A DNA stretch of 64,000 nucleotides from a virus, in IMG/VR virus record IMGVR_UViG_3300042307_002096, positions 1 through 64,000 of that record; one strand, 5' to 3'. The translations under genes were made by a program, and so were the position numbers. Below, piece after piece: positions 46,881-57,779 of the stretch (its first letter is position 1; each line of letters opens with the position of its first letter). The notes beneath the pieces were generated by a model, which was not told the DNA's origin, made no database searches, and was given only the letters and a program-made list of their open reading frames with translations.

Positions 46881-48677
46881 ATGCGATTTATTACGTTTAA
46901 AACCCTCGAAGGTAGAAATTTTTTATCTTTTGGAGACAGTCTTGTTCATGTTGATTTAAGGCCAGGCGTTAACGCTATTATTGGTACCAATTACGACAAA
47001 GAAGATTCTAAAAACGGAGCTGGTAAATCTAGTATTACCGAATTACTTTACTATTCGTTGTATGGCAATACGCTTCGAGAAATTTCTAAAGATCATATTC
47101 AAAATAGTTTAACTAAAAAACGTTGTGAAGTATCATTAGAATTTGACGTCACCTCAAATAGTGTGACTGATTCTTATAAAATTGTAAGGATGCTTAATCC
47201 AACAAAATGTTTGCTTCTTAAAAACGGACAAGATGTAACTAGATCAACTCTTGCTAAAACAAATGCTTTAATTCAAGAATTAATTCATACTCCAGCTACA
47301 GTTTTTCAAAACTCAGTTATTATGTCAGTAAATACTGCATTGCCGTTTATGGCTCTGCCAAAAACAGACAAAAGAAAGTTTATTGAAAGCGTTCTTGGAC
47401 TTGAAGTATTTACTCAAATGGTTCTTAAAGCCAGAGATGATTATAGTATCGCCAAAAAAGATTATGAAATAGCTTATACAAAATTTGAACAAACTCAAAC
47501 AGAACTTGCTTTTAATCAATCTCAATTTGATAACTATAAAACGTTAAAAACAGAACGTCTAAATAAATTAAACGATAAAAAAACTACTCTCTTAGGTGAT
47601 ATCCAAAATCTTAAATCTAAAATTGCTAAATTTGACACTCTAACAACAGAAGAGGATAAAAATAAAATTGTACATTTTGAAGAACAACTTTGTGAGTTAA
47701 GTGAAAAGAAAAGCAATTTACAATCTAAAATTAACGTAATTCAAACTGAAATTAATTCCGAAAACAAACAAATAAAAAATTTACAAACAAATAAAGATAC
47801 ATGTCCAACATGCTCAAGAGAATATTCCGAAGAGCATGTAGTGCACGTATCCAATTTAATTGCTAACCATAATCTTAATATTGAAAAATTTTCCAAAGCA
47901 GAAGGTAAGGTCAAAGAGTCGTTATTAAAAATTGAAAACGACATTACTAATATTCAAGCTACTAAAAAAATTTGTGCAGAAAATATAGATCAAATTAAAC
48001 AACTCATTAGCAACAATAAATCATTTGAATTAAGCATTAATCATTTAGAGTCAAATTTAAAGGACGTAGAAGAAGATATTGAGGTTGTTGCTAAGGAGCA
48101 AAACAATGAACTTAAAGGAAAAATTACTACTTTAAAAACAACAACTGATGAACTTCAACAAAAAGTAGATAAGCTAAATAACGACTTAAATGTGTTAGAA
48201 ACCGTAAAGTTTGTTATTTCAGAAGAAGGAATTAAATCATTTATTGTAAAAAAAATTCTTAAAGTATTAAATTCGAGACTGGCATTTTATCTTAAAAAGC
48301 TTGAAGCAAATTGTCTTTGCCAATTTAACGAATTTTTTGACGAAGAAATTATTGATGAAAGCTCAAACCAAAAATCATATTTTAATTTTTCTGGTGGAGA
48401 GCGCAAACGAATTGATTTAGCTTGTTTATTTGCTTTTGCTGACATTCGCAGACTTCAAGGAGATGTTAATTTTAGTACCGTATTTTATGACGAACTTCTT
48501 GATTCGTCTTTGGACGATAAAGGCGTCTCATTAACTCTTAAAGTTCTTCGGGAACGTTTTAATGAAAATAACGAATCTTGTTATATTATTACTCACAGAG
48601 GACCTGAAGTAACAACAAAAGCAGAGCATACGATCCATGTAATAAAACGCAATGGTATCTCAGCTGTTTCGTGCTAG
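46881..48677 (+). CDS. Recombination ATPase (gp46/Rad50-like)
   Basis: NGAGKS, CPTC hook, FSGGE, DELLD, ITH. Confidence 0.95.
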   Translation: MRFITFKTLEGRNFLSFGDSLVHVDLRPGVNAIIGTNYDKEDSKNGAGKSSITELLYYSLYGNTLREISKDHIQNSLTKKRCEVSLEFDVTSNSVTDSYKIVRMLNPTKCLLLKNGQDVTRSTLAKTNALIQELIHTPATVFQNSVIMSVNTALPFMALPKTDKRKFIESVLGLEVFTQMVLKARDDYSIAKKDYEIAYTKFEQTQTELAFNQSQFDNYKTLKTERLNKLNDKKTTLLGDIQNLKSKIAKFDTLTTEEDKNKIVHFEEQLCELSEKKSNLQSKINVIQTEINSENKQIKNLQTNKDTCPTCSREYSEEHVVHVSNLIANHNLNIEKFSKAEGKVKESLLKIENDITNIQATKKICAENIDQIKQLISNNKSFELSINHLESNLKDVEEDIEVVAKEQNNELKGKITTLKTTTDELQQKVDKLNNDLNVLETVKFVISEEGIKSFIVKKILKVLNSRLAFYLKKLEANCLCQFNEFFDEEIIDESSNQKSYFNFSGGERKRIDLACLFAFADIRRLQGDVNFSTVFYDELLDSSLDDKGVSLTLKVLRERFNENNESCYIITHRGPEVTTKAEHTIHVIKRNGISAVSC

Positions 48678-48708
48678 ATTAAAATCAACACACCTTTTAA
48701 ATAACACT

Positions 48709-49938
48709 ATGACCACACCTGTTCAACTAGGCATTCAAAATCTTCCTGGAGCTCCAATGGGCATTCCTCTTGGCGTGCCAACTCAAACTTACTTAAACTC
48801 AACTCCAGCACCAAAATCTGAGTTGCCTCCTCCAGAAGTACCATCTCAAGGACTAAAAAGAGCGTTGAACTATCTAGCTGATTATGGTGGATGTGGTTAT
48901 TATCGCTGCATTGCTCCAAATCTTTTATTGAATTTGCACGAAAAGGCTGTCGTGATAGAATCGACGGCAATGATTTTAGATCCTAAATTTTACGGAACAG
49001 TAGAAGCAGTTAAACTTCAAAGACAGGCTACTCCTAACCAAAGAGACTTTGTTAAAATGTTAAAACAAATATCATCACACAAACCGCTTAAATTGATATA
49101 TGAAGTAGATGATGTAATTTTTGCTGAAGATATTCCATTATATAATCGCAATAGATCCGCATTTACTGCTCCAGAAATTCAAAATTCCATTAAAGAAATT
49201 TTGTCTATGATGGATGAAATTGTCGTTACTTGTGATTATTTTAAAGATTATATGATTGAAAAATCAGGTAATAAAAACGTAACTGTTGTTCCTAATTATT
49301 TAATGAAATGGTGGTTTGATCGCTATTACAACCTTGGTGACCTGGTTAAAAAATACGACAAAAATAAGAAGAAGCCAATTGTTGCTATTTTTGCATCAGG
49401 GACTCATTGCGATGTAGCAAATCAAGCAAATCAACAAGACGATTTTGCTCACGTCGTACAGCATATTATTAAAACAAGAACCGAATTTAACTGGCATTTT
49501 TACGGATCATTTCCTTTAACGCTAAAACCGTACATTGATAACGGGCAGATAAAATTTTTTCCGTGGACCAAATTGCCTGATTTTCCGCAAGCTGTAGCTA
49601 ATTCCGGAGCACAAATTACGTTTGCAGCGCTGCAAGAAAATAATTTTAATTTATGTAAAAGCAATATCAAGCTTATTGAGTCTGGAGCTATAGGATTACC
49701 TTGCGTATGTCCTGACATGGCTACATATAAAGACGCATTTTTAAAATACAAAACGGGAGATGAATTTATAGATTGCTTAAAAACAGCTCTAAAAAATCAA
49801 ACAGTATATGCAGATTTTTGCAAAAAATCTCGAGCTTACGCTGAAAAATTTTGGCTAGATGATGAGAAAAATTTAATGAAACATCATGAAATTTATTTTA
49901 CTCCTCATGGGTCACCGGAACGCAAATATATAGCTTGA
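48709..49938 (+). CDS. GT-B glycosyltransferase-like protein
   Basis: GCGYYR, YEVDD, FN.CKSNIK..E. Confidence 0.75.
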   Translation: MTTPVQLGIQNLPGAPMGIPLGVPTQTYLNSTPAPKSELPPPEVPSQGLKRALNYLADYGGCGYYRCIAPNLLLNLHEKAVVIESTAMILDPKFYGTVEAVKLQRQATPNQRDFVKMLKQISSHKPLKLIYEVDDVIFAEDIPLYNRNRSAFTAPEIQNSIKEILSMMDEIVVTCDYFKDYMIEKSGNKNVTVVPNYLMKWWFDRYYNLGDLVKKYDKNKKKPIVAIFASGTHCDVANQANQQDDFAHVVQHIIKTRTEFNWHFYGSFPLTLKPYIDNGQIKFFPWTKLPDFPQAVANSGAQITFAALQENNFNLCKSNIKLIESGAIGLPCVCPDMATYKDAFLKYKTGDEFIDCLKTALKNQTVYADFCKKSRAYAEKFWLDDEKNLMKHHEIYFTPHGSPERKYIA

Positions 49939-49969
49939 TTTTGTTAATTTTTTTGGTATTATAAAACGC

Positions 49970-52522
49970 ATGTATAGAGCTGCATGCTATAACCCTTTTA
50001 ATGAATCTGTGTTTCTCCGAACATGGTCCGAAGAAGGAGTTCGAATTGATACGGAAATTTCTTTTCGTCCTTATTTGTATTTGGAAAAAGATGGAGCTGA
50101 AGATGCAATGTCCATCTTTAAGACTTCTTTAACAAAAAAATCTTTTAGAAATAGTATTGAACGCAGAAAATTTGTAGACAATACATCCAATAAAAGAATA
50201 TTTCACAATCTTGGCCCAGAGCAGCAATTTTTAATTGAAATGTATAAGGATCAAAACGGAGATCCTTCATTTTCACAATTTCCTTTAAAAGTGTTCTTAT
50301 TGGATATTGAAGTCGATACAACACTTGATTCGTCCTTTCCTACTCCAGAACGAGCAGCAGTGCCAATTAATTTAATTACTATTTACGATACTCTTACTAA
50401 ATCTACTCACACATGGGGGTTGGAAAAGCAATATACTCCAACATTACCCGATTGCATATATCACCGTTGCAAGAATGAACAAGATTTAATTCTACAATTT
50501 GTCGACTTTTGGAAAAGCGATTATCCAGACATTGCATCTGGTTGGAATAGCAGTGGCTTTGATTTTCCGTATATTATTAACAGATTTATGAAATTATTTG
50601 GAGAGGATTTTATAAATCAACTTTCTCCTGTTGGAGTTGTAAGAGGCAGAAAGGTATTTACCGACATGGGTAAAGAGGTAACAGTGTGGTCAATTGGTGG
50701 AGTATCGTTGATTGACTATATGGATTTGTATAAAACGTTTTCGCCTGGAGAAAAAGAATCTTTTAGCTTAAATTATATTTCAGAACTTGAGTTGGGAGAA
50801 GGTAAAATTGCATTCAATGCAGTTAGTTTAGGAGAGCTAGCTCATACGGACTGGAAATTGTTTGTTGACTACAACATACAAGACGTACACTTGCTTGTTA
50901 AGTTGGAAGAAAAGCTTAAATTTTTGGAAATTGCTCGAATGCTTTCTTACAAAGGATGTACTAACTTTGAATCAGCTTTAGGAAAAGTTTCAATAGTAAC
51001 AGGAGCTGTTGCTATACAAGCACATAAACAAGGATTTATTATTCCAACATTTTCTAATAAACAAGAAAGAGAATCTTATGAGGGTGGATTTGTCAGAGAC
51101 CCAGAAAAAGGAATACAAAAATCTATTGTCAGTTTTGACGTGAACTCACTTTACCCAAACACTATCATTACTCTCAATATTTCTCCGGAAACTAAAATTG
51201 GCAAAGTTGTTACAGGAGAGGTTGGAATAACTCCAGAAGTCACCATACGGCTAGTAAACGGAAAACTTCATACGCTAACCTCAGATAAATTTAAGTCATT
51301 TTTAATAAAGGAGCAAATTTCGTTATCTAAAGCTGGTGTAATGTATTCACAAAAAACAAAAGGAGTAATTCCAAATTTGATTGATCAAATTTACGAGGAA
51401 CGCGTTAATACAAAAAAACAATTAACTAAACTTAAAAAAACAGGAAAAAAAGACAAGGATAGTTTGTTGAAGCTCACATATTATGATACGTTACAATATA
51501 CGCTAAAAATTCTTTTAAATTCAATTTACGGTACATTTGCAAACAAACATTCTTCGTTAATGGACATTGATCACGCAATGTCTATTACCGTTACTGGGCA
51601 AAATGTATCAAAAGCTGGCGGTCATATTTTGGATGATTTTGTAAAACAAAAATACAATGTAAACGAATCAATTACTAAATATGGAGATACGGATTCAGTT
51701 TATATATCCATAGACTCAATTCTCAAAAAACAAAATATTGAGTTAGTTGTTAATGGTATTATTAATCCAAAAGTTCATGAAATTGTTGACGAGTTAGATA
51801 GGCATGTTAATACAGAAATTTTGAATTGGGCTCGAAATGAATTGTTTTCGATAGATCCGCGATTTGTATTTAAACGAGAAGTTATTTCAGATGTAGGAAT
51901 TTTTCTTCAAAAAAAGCGATACATTCTTCATATATTGGACGAGGAAGGTGTTGCGGTAAATAAATTTAAGTATACTGGAATTGAATTAGTTCGTTCTACA
52001 ACTCCAAAAAAAGTTAAAAAATTTATCGAGAATATTATTCAAACTGCTCTTCTTACACAAAATTTAAAACAAACAAATGAAGTGTATAGACAAGGATATT
52101 CTGATTTTTTGAATTTAGATCCTAATGATGTTGCTGCAAGAACTTCAATTAACAATTTACAAAAATATTCAGAAGGAGCTTCTTTATATAAATTTAAAAA
52201 CGCCACACCTTCCCATGTTAAAGGAGCTATTGCTTATAATATTCTTATTAAAGAATTAAAAATTGACGATAAATTTGAAGAGATTCAAACAGGACAAAAA
52301 GTCAAAAAATTATATTGTGCAAAAAACAAGTACGGATTGGATGCCATTACATATGTGTCGTCATTGCCTACAGAGTTTGGGATTACTATTGATTGGGATA
52401 AAATGTTTATGAAATTGGTTACTCAACCAACGGAGCGTTTGTACGAAGCAATTGGTTGGTCGTTACCGGAAATAGGAAAAGAAGTTCAAACTGATTTATT
52501 TGAAATGTTTGGTATGAGTTAA
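49970..52522 (+). CDS. Family B DNA polymerase (gp43-like)
   Basis: DIE exonuclease motif, FDVNSLYP, K..LNS.YG, YGDTDS, KKRY. Confidence 0.97.
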   Translation: MYRAACYNPFNESVFLRTWSEEGVRIDTEISFRPYLYLEKDGAEDAMSIFKTSLTKKSFRNSIERRKFVDNTSNKRIFHNLGPEQQFLIEMYKDQNGDPSFSQFPLKVFLLDIEVDTTLDSSFPTPERAAVPINLITIYDTLTKSTHTWGLEKQYTPTLPDCIYHRCKNEQDLILQFVDFWKSDYPDIASGWNSSGFDFPYIINRFMKLFGEDFINQLSPVGVVRGRKVFTDMGKEVTVWSIGGVSLIDYMDLYKTFSPGEKESFSLNYISELELGEGKIAFNAVSLGELAHTDWKLFVDYNIQDVHLLVKLEEKLKFLEIARMLSYKGCTNFESALGKVSIVTGAVAIQAHKQGFIIPTFSNKQERESYEGGFVRDPEKGIQKSIVSFDVNSLYPNTIITLNISPETKIGKVVTGEVGITPEVTIRLVNGKLHTLTSDKFKSFLIKEQISLSKAGVMYSQKTKGVIPNLIDQIYEERVNTKKQLTKLKKTGKKDKDSLLKLTYYDTLQYTLKILLNSIYGTFANKHSSLMDIDHAMSITVTGQNVSKAGGHILDDFVKQKYNVNESITKYGDTDSVYISIDSILKKQNIELVVNGIINPKVHEIVDELDRHVNTEILNWARNELFSIDPRFVFKREVISDVGIFLQKKRYILHILDEEGVAVNKFKYTGIELVRSTTPKKVKKFIENIIQTALLTQNLKQTNEVYRQGYSDFLNLDPNDVAARTSINNLQKYSEGASLYKFKNATPSHVKGAIAYNILIKELKIDDKFEEIQTGQKVKKLYCAKNKYGLDAITYVSSLPTEFGITIDWDKMFMKLVTQPTERLYEAIGWSLPEIGKEVQTDLFEMFGMS

Positions 52523-52530
52523 ATAACATT

Positions 52531-52809
52531 ATGTATGCTGCTGAACAACTTTTTCAGGCGCTTTCATACGAAGAGCTCTATTACACTCTTCGAAGCATTG
52601 CTGATGAAGATTCGTATTTTGATGATTTTTTAGACAATAAAATTTTAGAAGATTTTTTGTACATGCTGGAAATTTATGATATATTATTTTTATCTTCAGA
52701 TGGCAGAGTATTGCTTACGCAAAAAGGAGAAAAGGTTTTGCAGTATGTCGGGCGCATTGTTGATTTAGATAAAATTAATAATAAGGTAAAAAGGAAAAAA
52801 TATGAGTAA
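52531..52809 (+). CDS. Hypothetical protein (possible winged helix)
   Basis: LTQKGEK motif; TAAATA 5 nt upstream. Confidence 0.55.
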   Translation: MYAAEQLFQALSYEELYYTLRSIADEDSYFDDFLDNKILEDFLYMLEIYDILFLSSDGRVLLTQKGEKVLQYVGRIVDLDKINNKVKRKKYE

Positions 52810-53158
52810 CACTAACAAAGAGCTTACGGTCTTCCTGGACAATATTGGAAGAACAATTATTGGAAAAATTACAAAACAAGATGGCACTACATTGTCTATT
52901 GAGAATCCAGCATTGGTTCACATTCAAGCCAATTCTCAAACAAGCCAACTTCAACTTCAAATTCTTCCTTTGTTTTTCAAAGAATTCCAATCAGATAGAA
53001 ATCAACCAACAGTTTGGAATTTTAAAAAAGCAAATATTACAACATCCGAGTCTATTCCTTTTGCACCACAGTTTGCTGCGCAATATGAACAGTTGTTTGC
53101 TGCTGCTCAACCGGCTCAAAATGAACCTAAAGTAGTCCGATTATTTGATGACGAATAA
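52802..53158 (+). CDS. Hypothetical small beta-barrel protein
   Basis: GRTIIG...IENP pattern. Confidence 0.55.
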   Translation: MSNTNKELTVFLDNIGRTIIGKITKQDGTTLSIENPALVHIQANSQTSQLQLQILPLFFKEFQSDRNQPTVWNFKKANITTSESIPFAPQFAAQYEQLFAAAQPAQNEPKVVRLFDDE

Positions 53159-53180
53159 TTTAGTTTAAGAGTCAACTGCG

Positions 53181-53212
53181 AAAAAAAGACCTCTTCAGGG
53201 GTCTTTTTTTTT
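53181..53212. terminator. Intrinsic terminator, likely bidirectional
   Basis: A-run, gacctc-ttca-ggggtc, T-run. Confidence 0.85.
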
Positions 53213-53250
53213 GTTGAAAAGAAAAATAAAGAAGGGATAGTATCAATTGT

Positions 53251-54405
53251 ATGGCTAAAATTAAAAAAAATAACAATGACGACGACTTAAAAGACTCCGT
53301 TACTAATTCAATTCAAGATGCTTTTAAAATATTGGACAAACTTAATTCTAATGCAGCTTTTTTGGACAACAATAGTTTGTCCACTGTCAACGAATGGATT
53401 GATACGGGTTCATATGCCCTTAATGCAATTATTTCCGGATCCCTTTTTGGAGGAGTGCCAATGGGCAGACTTACTGCGTTTATTGGAGCAGAAAGCTGTG
53501 GAAAAACTTTAATGGCCAACAAAATTATGGCCAATGCTCAAAAGAAAGGAATGTATGTTGCTTATTTTGATACAGAAGGAGCACTAGATGAAGCAACAGC
53601 TAAAAGATTGGGTTGTGATACATCAAAAATTAAGCATGTTCCCTCAGAAATCACAGAGCAATGTCGAAATGAAATTGTGCAATTTTTAGATTCAATTTTA
53701 ACAAACAATCTACAAGGAAAAGTTTTAATTGTTATTGACTCTCTTGGAAATTTAATTACATCTCAAGAAAAAAAGAAAATCGAGGAGGGGTCAGAAACAT
53801 TGGATATGGGAAATAGAAGCAAACAGTTAAAAAGCTTGATGCGTGCCGTAACTCACGCTGCAGCGAAAGCAAATTGTCCTGTAATTTTTACGAACCACGT
53901 TTATGAAGATCCTTCGCAACTTCACCCTTCCGCAATTAAAAAGCAAGCAGGAGGATCTGGACCTCTTTATATGTCTTCTGTAATTGTTCAAATGGCAAAG
54001 AAAACAGAACGAGCTGAAGATTCAAAAAACAAAGATGCTAATACGGAAACTACTCTTATTTCCAAAGGAATTAACGGCGTTACTTTAAGAGCACTTACTA
54101 CCAAAAACCGCTTTGTGACCCCATTTTTGGAAATTGAAATGTATTTAAATTTTCGTACTGGTTTAAATAAATTTTCCGGTCTTCTTGAAATGGCCGAAGG
54201 ATATGGAGTTATAGAGCGCCGCGGCCACCAATTTGCGTTTCAAGGAGAGCTACTTGGTTATTACAAAGATTGGAAAGAAGACGAAACAGTTTGGGATAAA
54301 ATTCTTCCAGTATTAGAAAAAAAGCTTCAAACTGAATTGTGCTTTAAAAACGAATCTCAAATTGAGGAAGAAGAAAACGAAGCCCAATGCGAAGTTTGTG
54401 ATTAA
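53251..54405 (+). CDS. uvsX: RecA-like recombinase UvsX
   Basis: DTGSYALNA, GAESCGKT, DTE, IDSLG, TNH, KNRF. Confidence 0.92.
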   Translation: MAKIKKNNNDDDLKDSVTNSIQDAFKILDKLNSNAAFLDNNSLSTVNEWIDTGSYALNAIISGSLFGGVPMGRLTAFIGAESCGKTLMANKIMANAQKKGMYVAYFDTEGALDEATAKRLGCDTSKIKHVPSEITEQCRNEIVQFLDSILTNNLQGKVLIVIDSLGNLITSQEKKKIEEGSETLDMGNRSKQLKSLMRAVTHAAAKANCPVIFTNHVYEDPSQLHPSAIKKQAGGSGPLYMSSVIVQMAKKTERAEDSKNKDANTETTLISKGINGVTLRALTTKNRFVTPFLEIEMYLNFRTGLNKFSGLLEMAEGYGVIERRGHQFAFQGELLGYYKDWKEDETVWDKILPVLEKKLQTELCFKNESQIEEEENEAQCEVCD

Positions 54406-54455
54406 ATATTTAAGGCTAAAGCAATTATTTTAATGCTAAAGCCTTAAATAAAAGC

Positions 54456-55553
54456 ATGAATCTCATCGAAGCTAAATTTATTGAATCAGGATTGAAATAC
54501 AAATCCAATTTTGAAGTGTCAAAATTAACCAATATTGTTGCGCACGAGCAACAAAAAAATTGCAATCAATACTACAAATGGTATGCAACGTATGAAAATA
54601 TAGTATACCCAATTAATTTAACTAGAAACAAAACATTTTTAATTGATGTTTTTTGTAACGAGTGCGACAAAATAATTAAAAAGGATGCTAGATTAAGCTC
54701 AATGTTCACGTTTTCTATTTGCTGTGAGAGCAATTTAAAGTATTCAGAGTCTTTTTCTGTCCGATGCAAAAAATGTTCTAGCAGGAAAAACGGGTCAGAA
54801 ACCGTGCAAAAAGGAGTTAATACTCGTCTACAACGTTATGGGTGTGCATATACGTTTCAAATGCCAAATTATGCTAGAGACGCTCACATAACTAAAACGT
54901 TGAAATACGGAGTTGATTATAAAAAAATTTGTTCAAAAAAGGGACAAAAGAGGTATTTCGATAAAACAGGTTATAATCACAACATGAAAAACCCTGAATG
55001 TGTAAATGTTCACAAACAAAAAAGAAAACAGACTATTTTAAATTGGACACCAGAACGTAAAACAGAAATAAATACAAAAAGGTTATTATCATATCAAAAA
55101 GAAAGTTCGGATGGTCTTTTTGGAAAAAAAAGTAAAAATCCTAGAAGCAAAATATCTATAGATTTTTACGAACAATTTTACAAAGCAACCGACTATTCGA
55201 TATGCATTGAAGAACAAATTGGTAGATATATTGTAGATTTTTTAATACCAAATATGTGTATTATTGAATTTTATGGTACATTTTGGCATGCAGATCCAAG
55301 AAAATACAAAGCTGGTGACATCCTTAAGCGAGGAAATAGTGAAAAATATCATGTAACAGCTCAAGAAGTATGGCAAAAAGATTACGAAAGAATCACAGAA
55401 TTAGTGGAAAACACTAAACTTCCTTGTATAATTGTTTGGGAGAATGATTATAGAAAAAACAAAGGAGCGACAATCCAAACCGTTTTGCAAAAAATAATAA
55501 AATTTAAAAACATCCACTTAGCACAGAATGAGCAAAGAACCAATTCCATCTAA
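54456..55553 (+). CDS. Free-standing homing-type endonuclease (Vsr/DUF559-like C-terminus)
   Basis: CxxC, KYG-type repeats, YIVDF....IIEFYG.FWHADP, VWE. Confidence 0.75.
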   Translation: MNLIEAKFIESGLKYKSNFEVSKLTNIVAHEQQKNCNQYYKWYATYENIVYPINLTRNKTFLIDVFCNECDKIIKKDARLSSMFTFSICCESNLKYSESFSVRCKKCSSRKNGSETVQKGVNTRLQRYGCAYTFQMPNYARDAHITKTLKYGVDYKKICSKKGQKRYFDKTGYNHNMKNPECVNVHKQKRKQTILNWTPERKTEINTKRLLSYQKESSDGLFGKKSKNPRSKISIDFYEQFYKATDYSICIEEQIGRYIVDFLIPNMCIIEFYGTFWHADPRKYKAGDILKRGNSEKYHVTAQEVWQKDYERITELVENTKLPCIIVWENDYRKNKGATIQTVLQKIIKFKNIHLAQNEQRTNSI

Positions 55554-56886
55554 ACTAGATTTAGATTTTTTCGAAAATATATTACTATTCAATGCTCTTA
55601 CAGATCAAGAATATTTGAGTTCTATTATTGGTTATATAGATCCGTCTTTTTTTACTGATAAGAGTATTGGAAAAGTAATTGGGGGAATTAGTAAATTTTT
55701 CACAGAAAGAGGAACTGTTCCAACTATTACGGAAATTAAAGCCAGATTAACTTCAGAAGAAGACAAAAAAGCTCTAGCTGACGTTAAGCCAAAAATAGCA
55801 CAACTCGAAGGACCGTTCAACAAAGAAGAGCTTATTGAAAACACAGAGAAGTTTCTTAAAGAACGGTGTGTTTACAAAACAATTCTTAATGTAGCGGAGA
55901 AGTTTTCGGATCAATCTTTTTCTATTGAAGAAGTACTAGTAGATTTTGAAAAAGCTTATAACATCACTCTAAAAGAAAATCTTGGGCATTGGTATTTCGA
56001 AGATGTAGACAAGCACATTAAAGACCTAATAACCGTTTATAATCCAATTCCAACAGGATGGGATTTTTTTGATAACAAAACCGAAGGAGGGTTGTTTCCA
56101 AAAACTTTGACTGTGTTTGCAGGACAAGTTAATGTCGGCAAATCAATTGTTCTCGGAAACATTGCGACGAATATGCTTCTTGCTGATAAGAATGTTTTGT
56201 TAATATCTTTGGAAATGTCGGAGTTTATGTACTCTAAACGTATTAGTACTCAACTTACTCAAATTCCTCATAACGATCTTAAAACATTTACTGACGAGCT
56301 TAAAGAACAATTGTTGCATATTAAGAAAAATATTAACAGCAAATTGGTTGTAAAGGAATATCCACCAAAAACTGTTACTGTTCGTCATATTGATTCATTT
56401 ATGACAAAGTTGAAGCATAAGGGATTTAGTCCTGATATTGTGGTGATTGATTATATTAATCTTATTCATCCAATTGCTAAGAATCTTAATTCATATGAAT
56501 CGGTTAAGGAAATTGCTGAACATTTGAGAGCATTATCATTCAAGTACAACATACCAATTGTTTCAGCAACTCAGTTGAATAGAGGCAGCTTTAATACAGC
56601 GTCTCCAGGAATGGAAGGTATTTCTGAGAGCATTGGCCTTGCTGCTACCTGTGATGTGATATGCTCGCTTTGGCAAGAAGAAGAAGACAGAGAGCTGGGA
56701 GTTATTAACATGGGAATGCAGAAAAATAGGTTTGGTCCTAATTTTGGTAGTGCAGCATTTAAGTGCAATTATAACACACTGACACTTAAAGAAACAAATT
56801 CTGATTATTTTGAAGCAGATGGAGACTCAACAGAAGACACTGTAAAAAATGCTGATAGAGCACTAAATAGTCTAATCGATGAATAA
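55528..56886 (+). CDS. Replicative helicase (gp41/DnaB-like)
   Basis: GQVNVGKS, SLEMSE, IDY, SATQLNR, KNRFG. Confidence 0.95.
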   Translation: MSKEPIPSKLDLDFFENILLFNALTDQEYLSSIIGYIDPSFFTDKSIGKVIGGISKFFTERGTVPTITEIKARLTSEEDKKALADVKPKIAQLEGPFNKEELIENTEKFLKERCVYKTILNVAEKFSDQSFSIEEVLVDFEKAYNITLKENLGHWYFEDVDKHIKDLITVYNPIPTGWDFFDNKTEGGLFPKTLTVFAGQVNVGKSIVLGNIATNMLLADKNVLLISLEMSEFMYSKRISTQLTQIPHNDLKTFTDELKEQLLHIKKNINSKLVVKEYPPKTVTVRHIDSFMTKLKHKGFSPDIVVIDYINLIHPIAKNLNSYESVKEIAEHLRALSFKYNIPIVSATQLNRGSFNTASPGMEGISESIGLAATCDVICSLWQEEEDRELGVINMGMQKNRFGPNFGSAAFKCNYNTLTLKETNSDYFEADGDSTEDTVKNADRALNSLIDE

Positions 56887-57763
56887 CCAAAAAATACAAG
56901 TTTTTACTCATTTAGATTTGGATGGTGTGGTGAGTTATCTAGTTCTTTGCTGGCTTTATGGGAAAAAATTAGATGTAATCGGAACTACTCCAATGAAGCT
57001 TGAACAAGATTATGACAAGCTTATTGCATCAGGAAAAACTTGGGACAAATTATATTTTTTAGATTTAGATGTTTCTAAAATTGGGGAAAAGGTTGACCAG
57101 AAAACTACTGTAATTCTTGATCATCACAAAACAAATGTATATCAATTTAAAAATGCAATTGCTAGAATTTATAATGAGACTAGCTGCGCAAAATTAATTT
57201 ATGATACGTTTTTTAAAGCCGCAGGAAAAACAATCAATTCTGCTCAAAAAACTCTTATTGCTTTGGCAGATGATTGGGATTCTAATACAAAAGCTACTCC
57301 TTTGTCAGAAAGCTTAAACATTGTATATCATTCAATGTCAGATAAATTTAATTCGTTTGTTGAAGATTATTACGAAGGATTCAAGCCTTTTGATAAATTT
57401 AAAGAAAACACAATTCTTCTTTATAAAAAACACCGCAAAGAATATATTGACACCCTAAACCCATTTTTTGGCAATATCGAATTCGAAGGACAAAAAAATA
57501 TAAAAGTCGGTGCTGTATTTTGCAATAAGTTTGTGCAAGAATGCTGCGATTGGTTGTTTAGGAGATTTGAAGTGGATGTCGCAATTGCTGTTTTGATTGA
57601 TCAAAAAAGAATTGCTGTTCGCCGAAGCTCTAACAACACAACAGTGGATGTTTCTAAATTTGTTCAACGAATTGCCTCTGGTGGCGGACATGAAGCCGCT
57701 GCTGGTGGAAATCTTACTGACGAATTTATTGAATTCACAAAAATGTTGAAGCCTTTAAATTAA
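56879..57763 (+). CDS. DHH-family phosphoesterase
   Basis: THLDLDG, LDHH, GGGH..AAG. Confidence 0.85.
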   Translation: MNNQKIQVFTHLDLDGVVSYLVLCWLYGKKLDVIGTTPMKLEQDYDKLIASGKTWDKLYFLDLDVSKIGEKVDQKTTVILDHHKTNVYQFKNAIARIYNETSCAKLIYDTFFKAAGKTINSAQKTLIALADDWDSNTKATPLSESLNIVYHSMSDKFNSFVEDYYEGFKPFDKFKENTILLYKKHRKEYIDTLNPFFGNIEFEGQKNIKVGAVFCNKFVQECCDWLFRRFEVDVAIAVLIDQKRIAVRRSSNNTTVDVSKFVQRIASGGGHEAAAGGNLTDEFIEFTKMLKPLN

Positions 57764-57779
57764 CGCCTAAGTAGCTTAA

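Noticed and set aside
49970-56886. Inteins/introns in polymerase, UvsX or helicase
   Set aside because: Lengths and motif spacing are normal; the endonuclease is free-standing.
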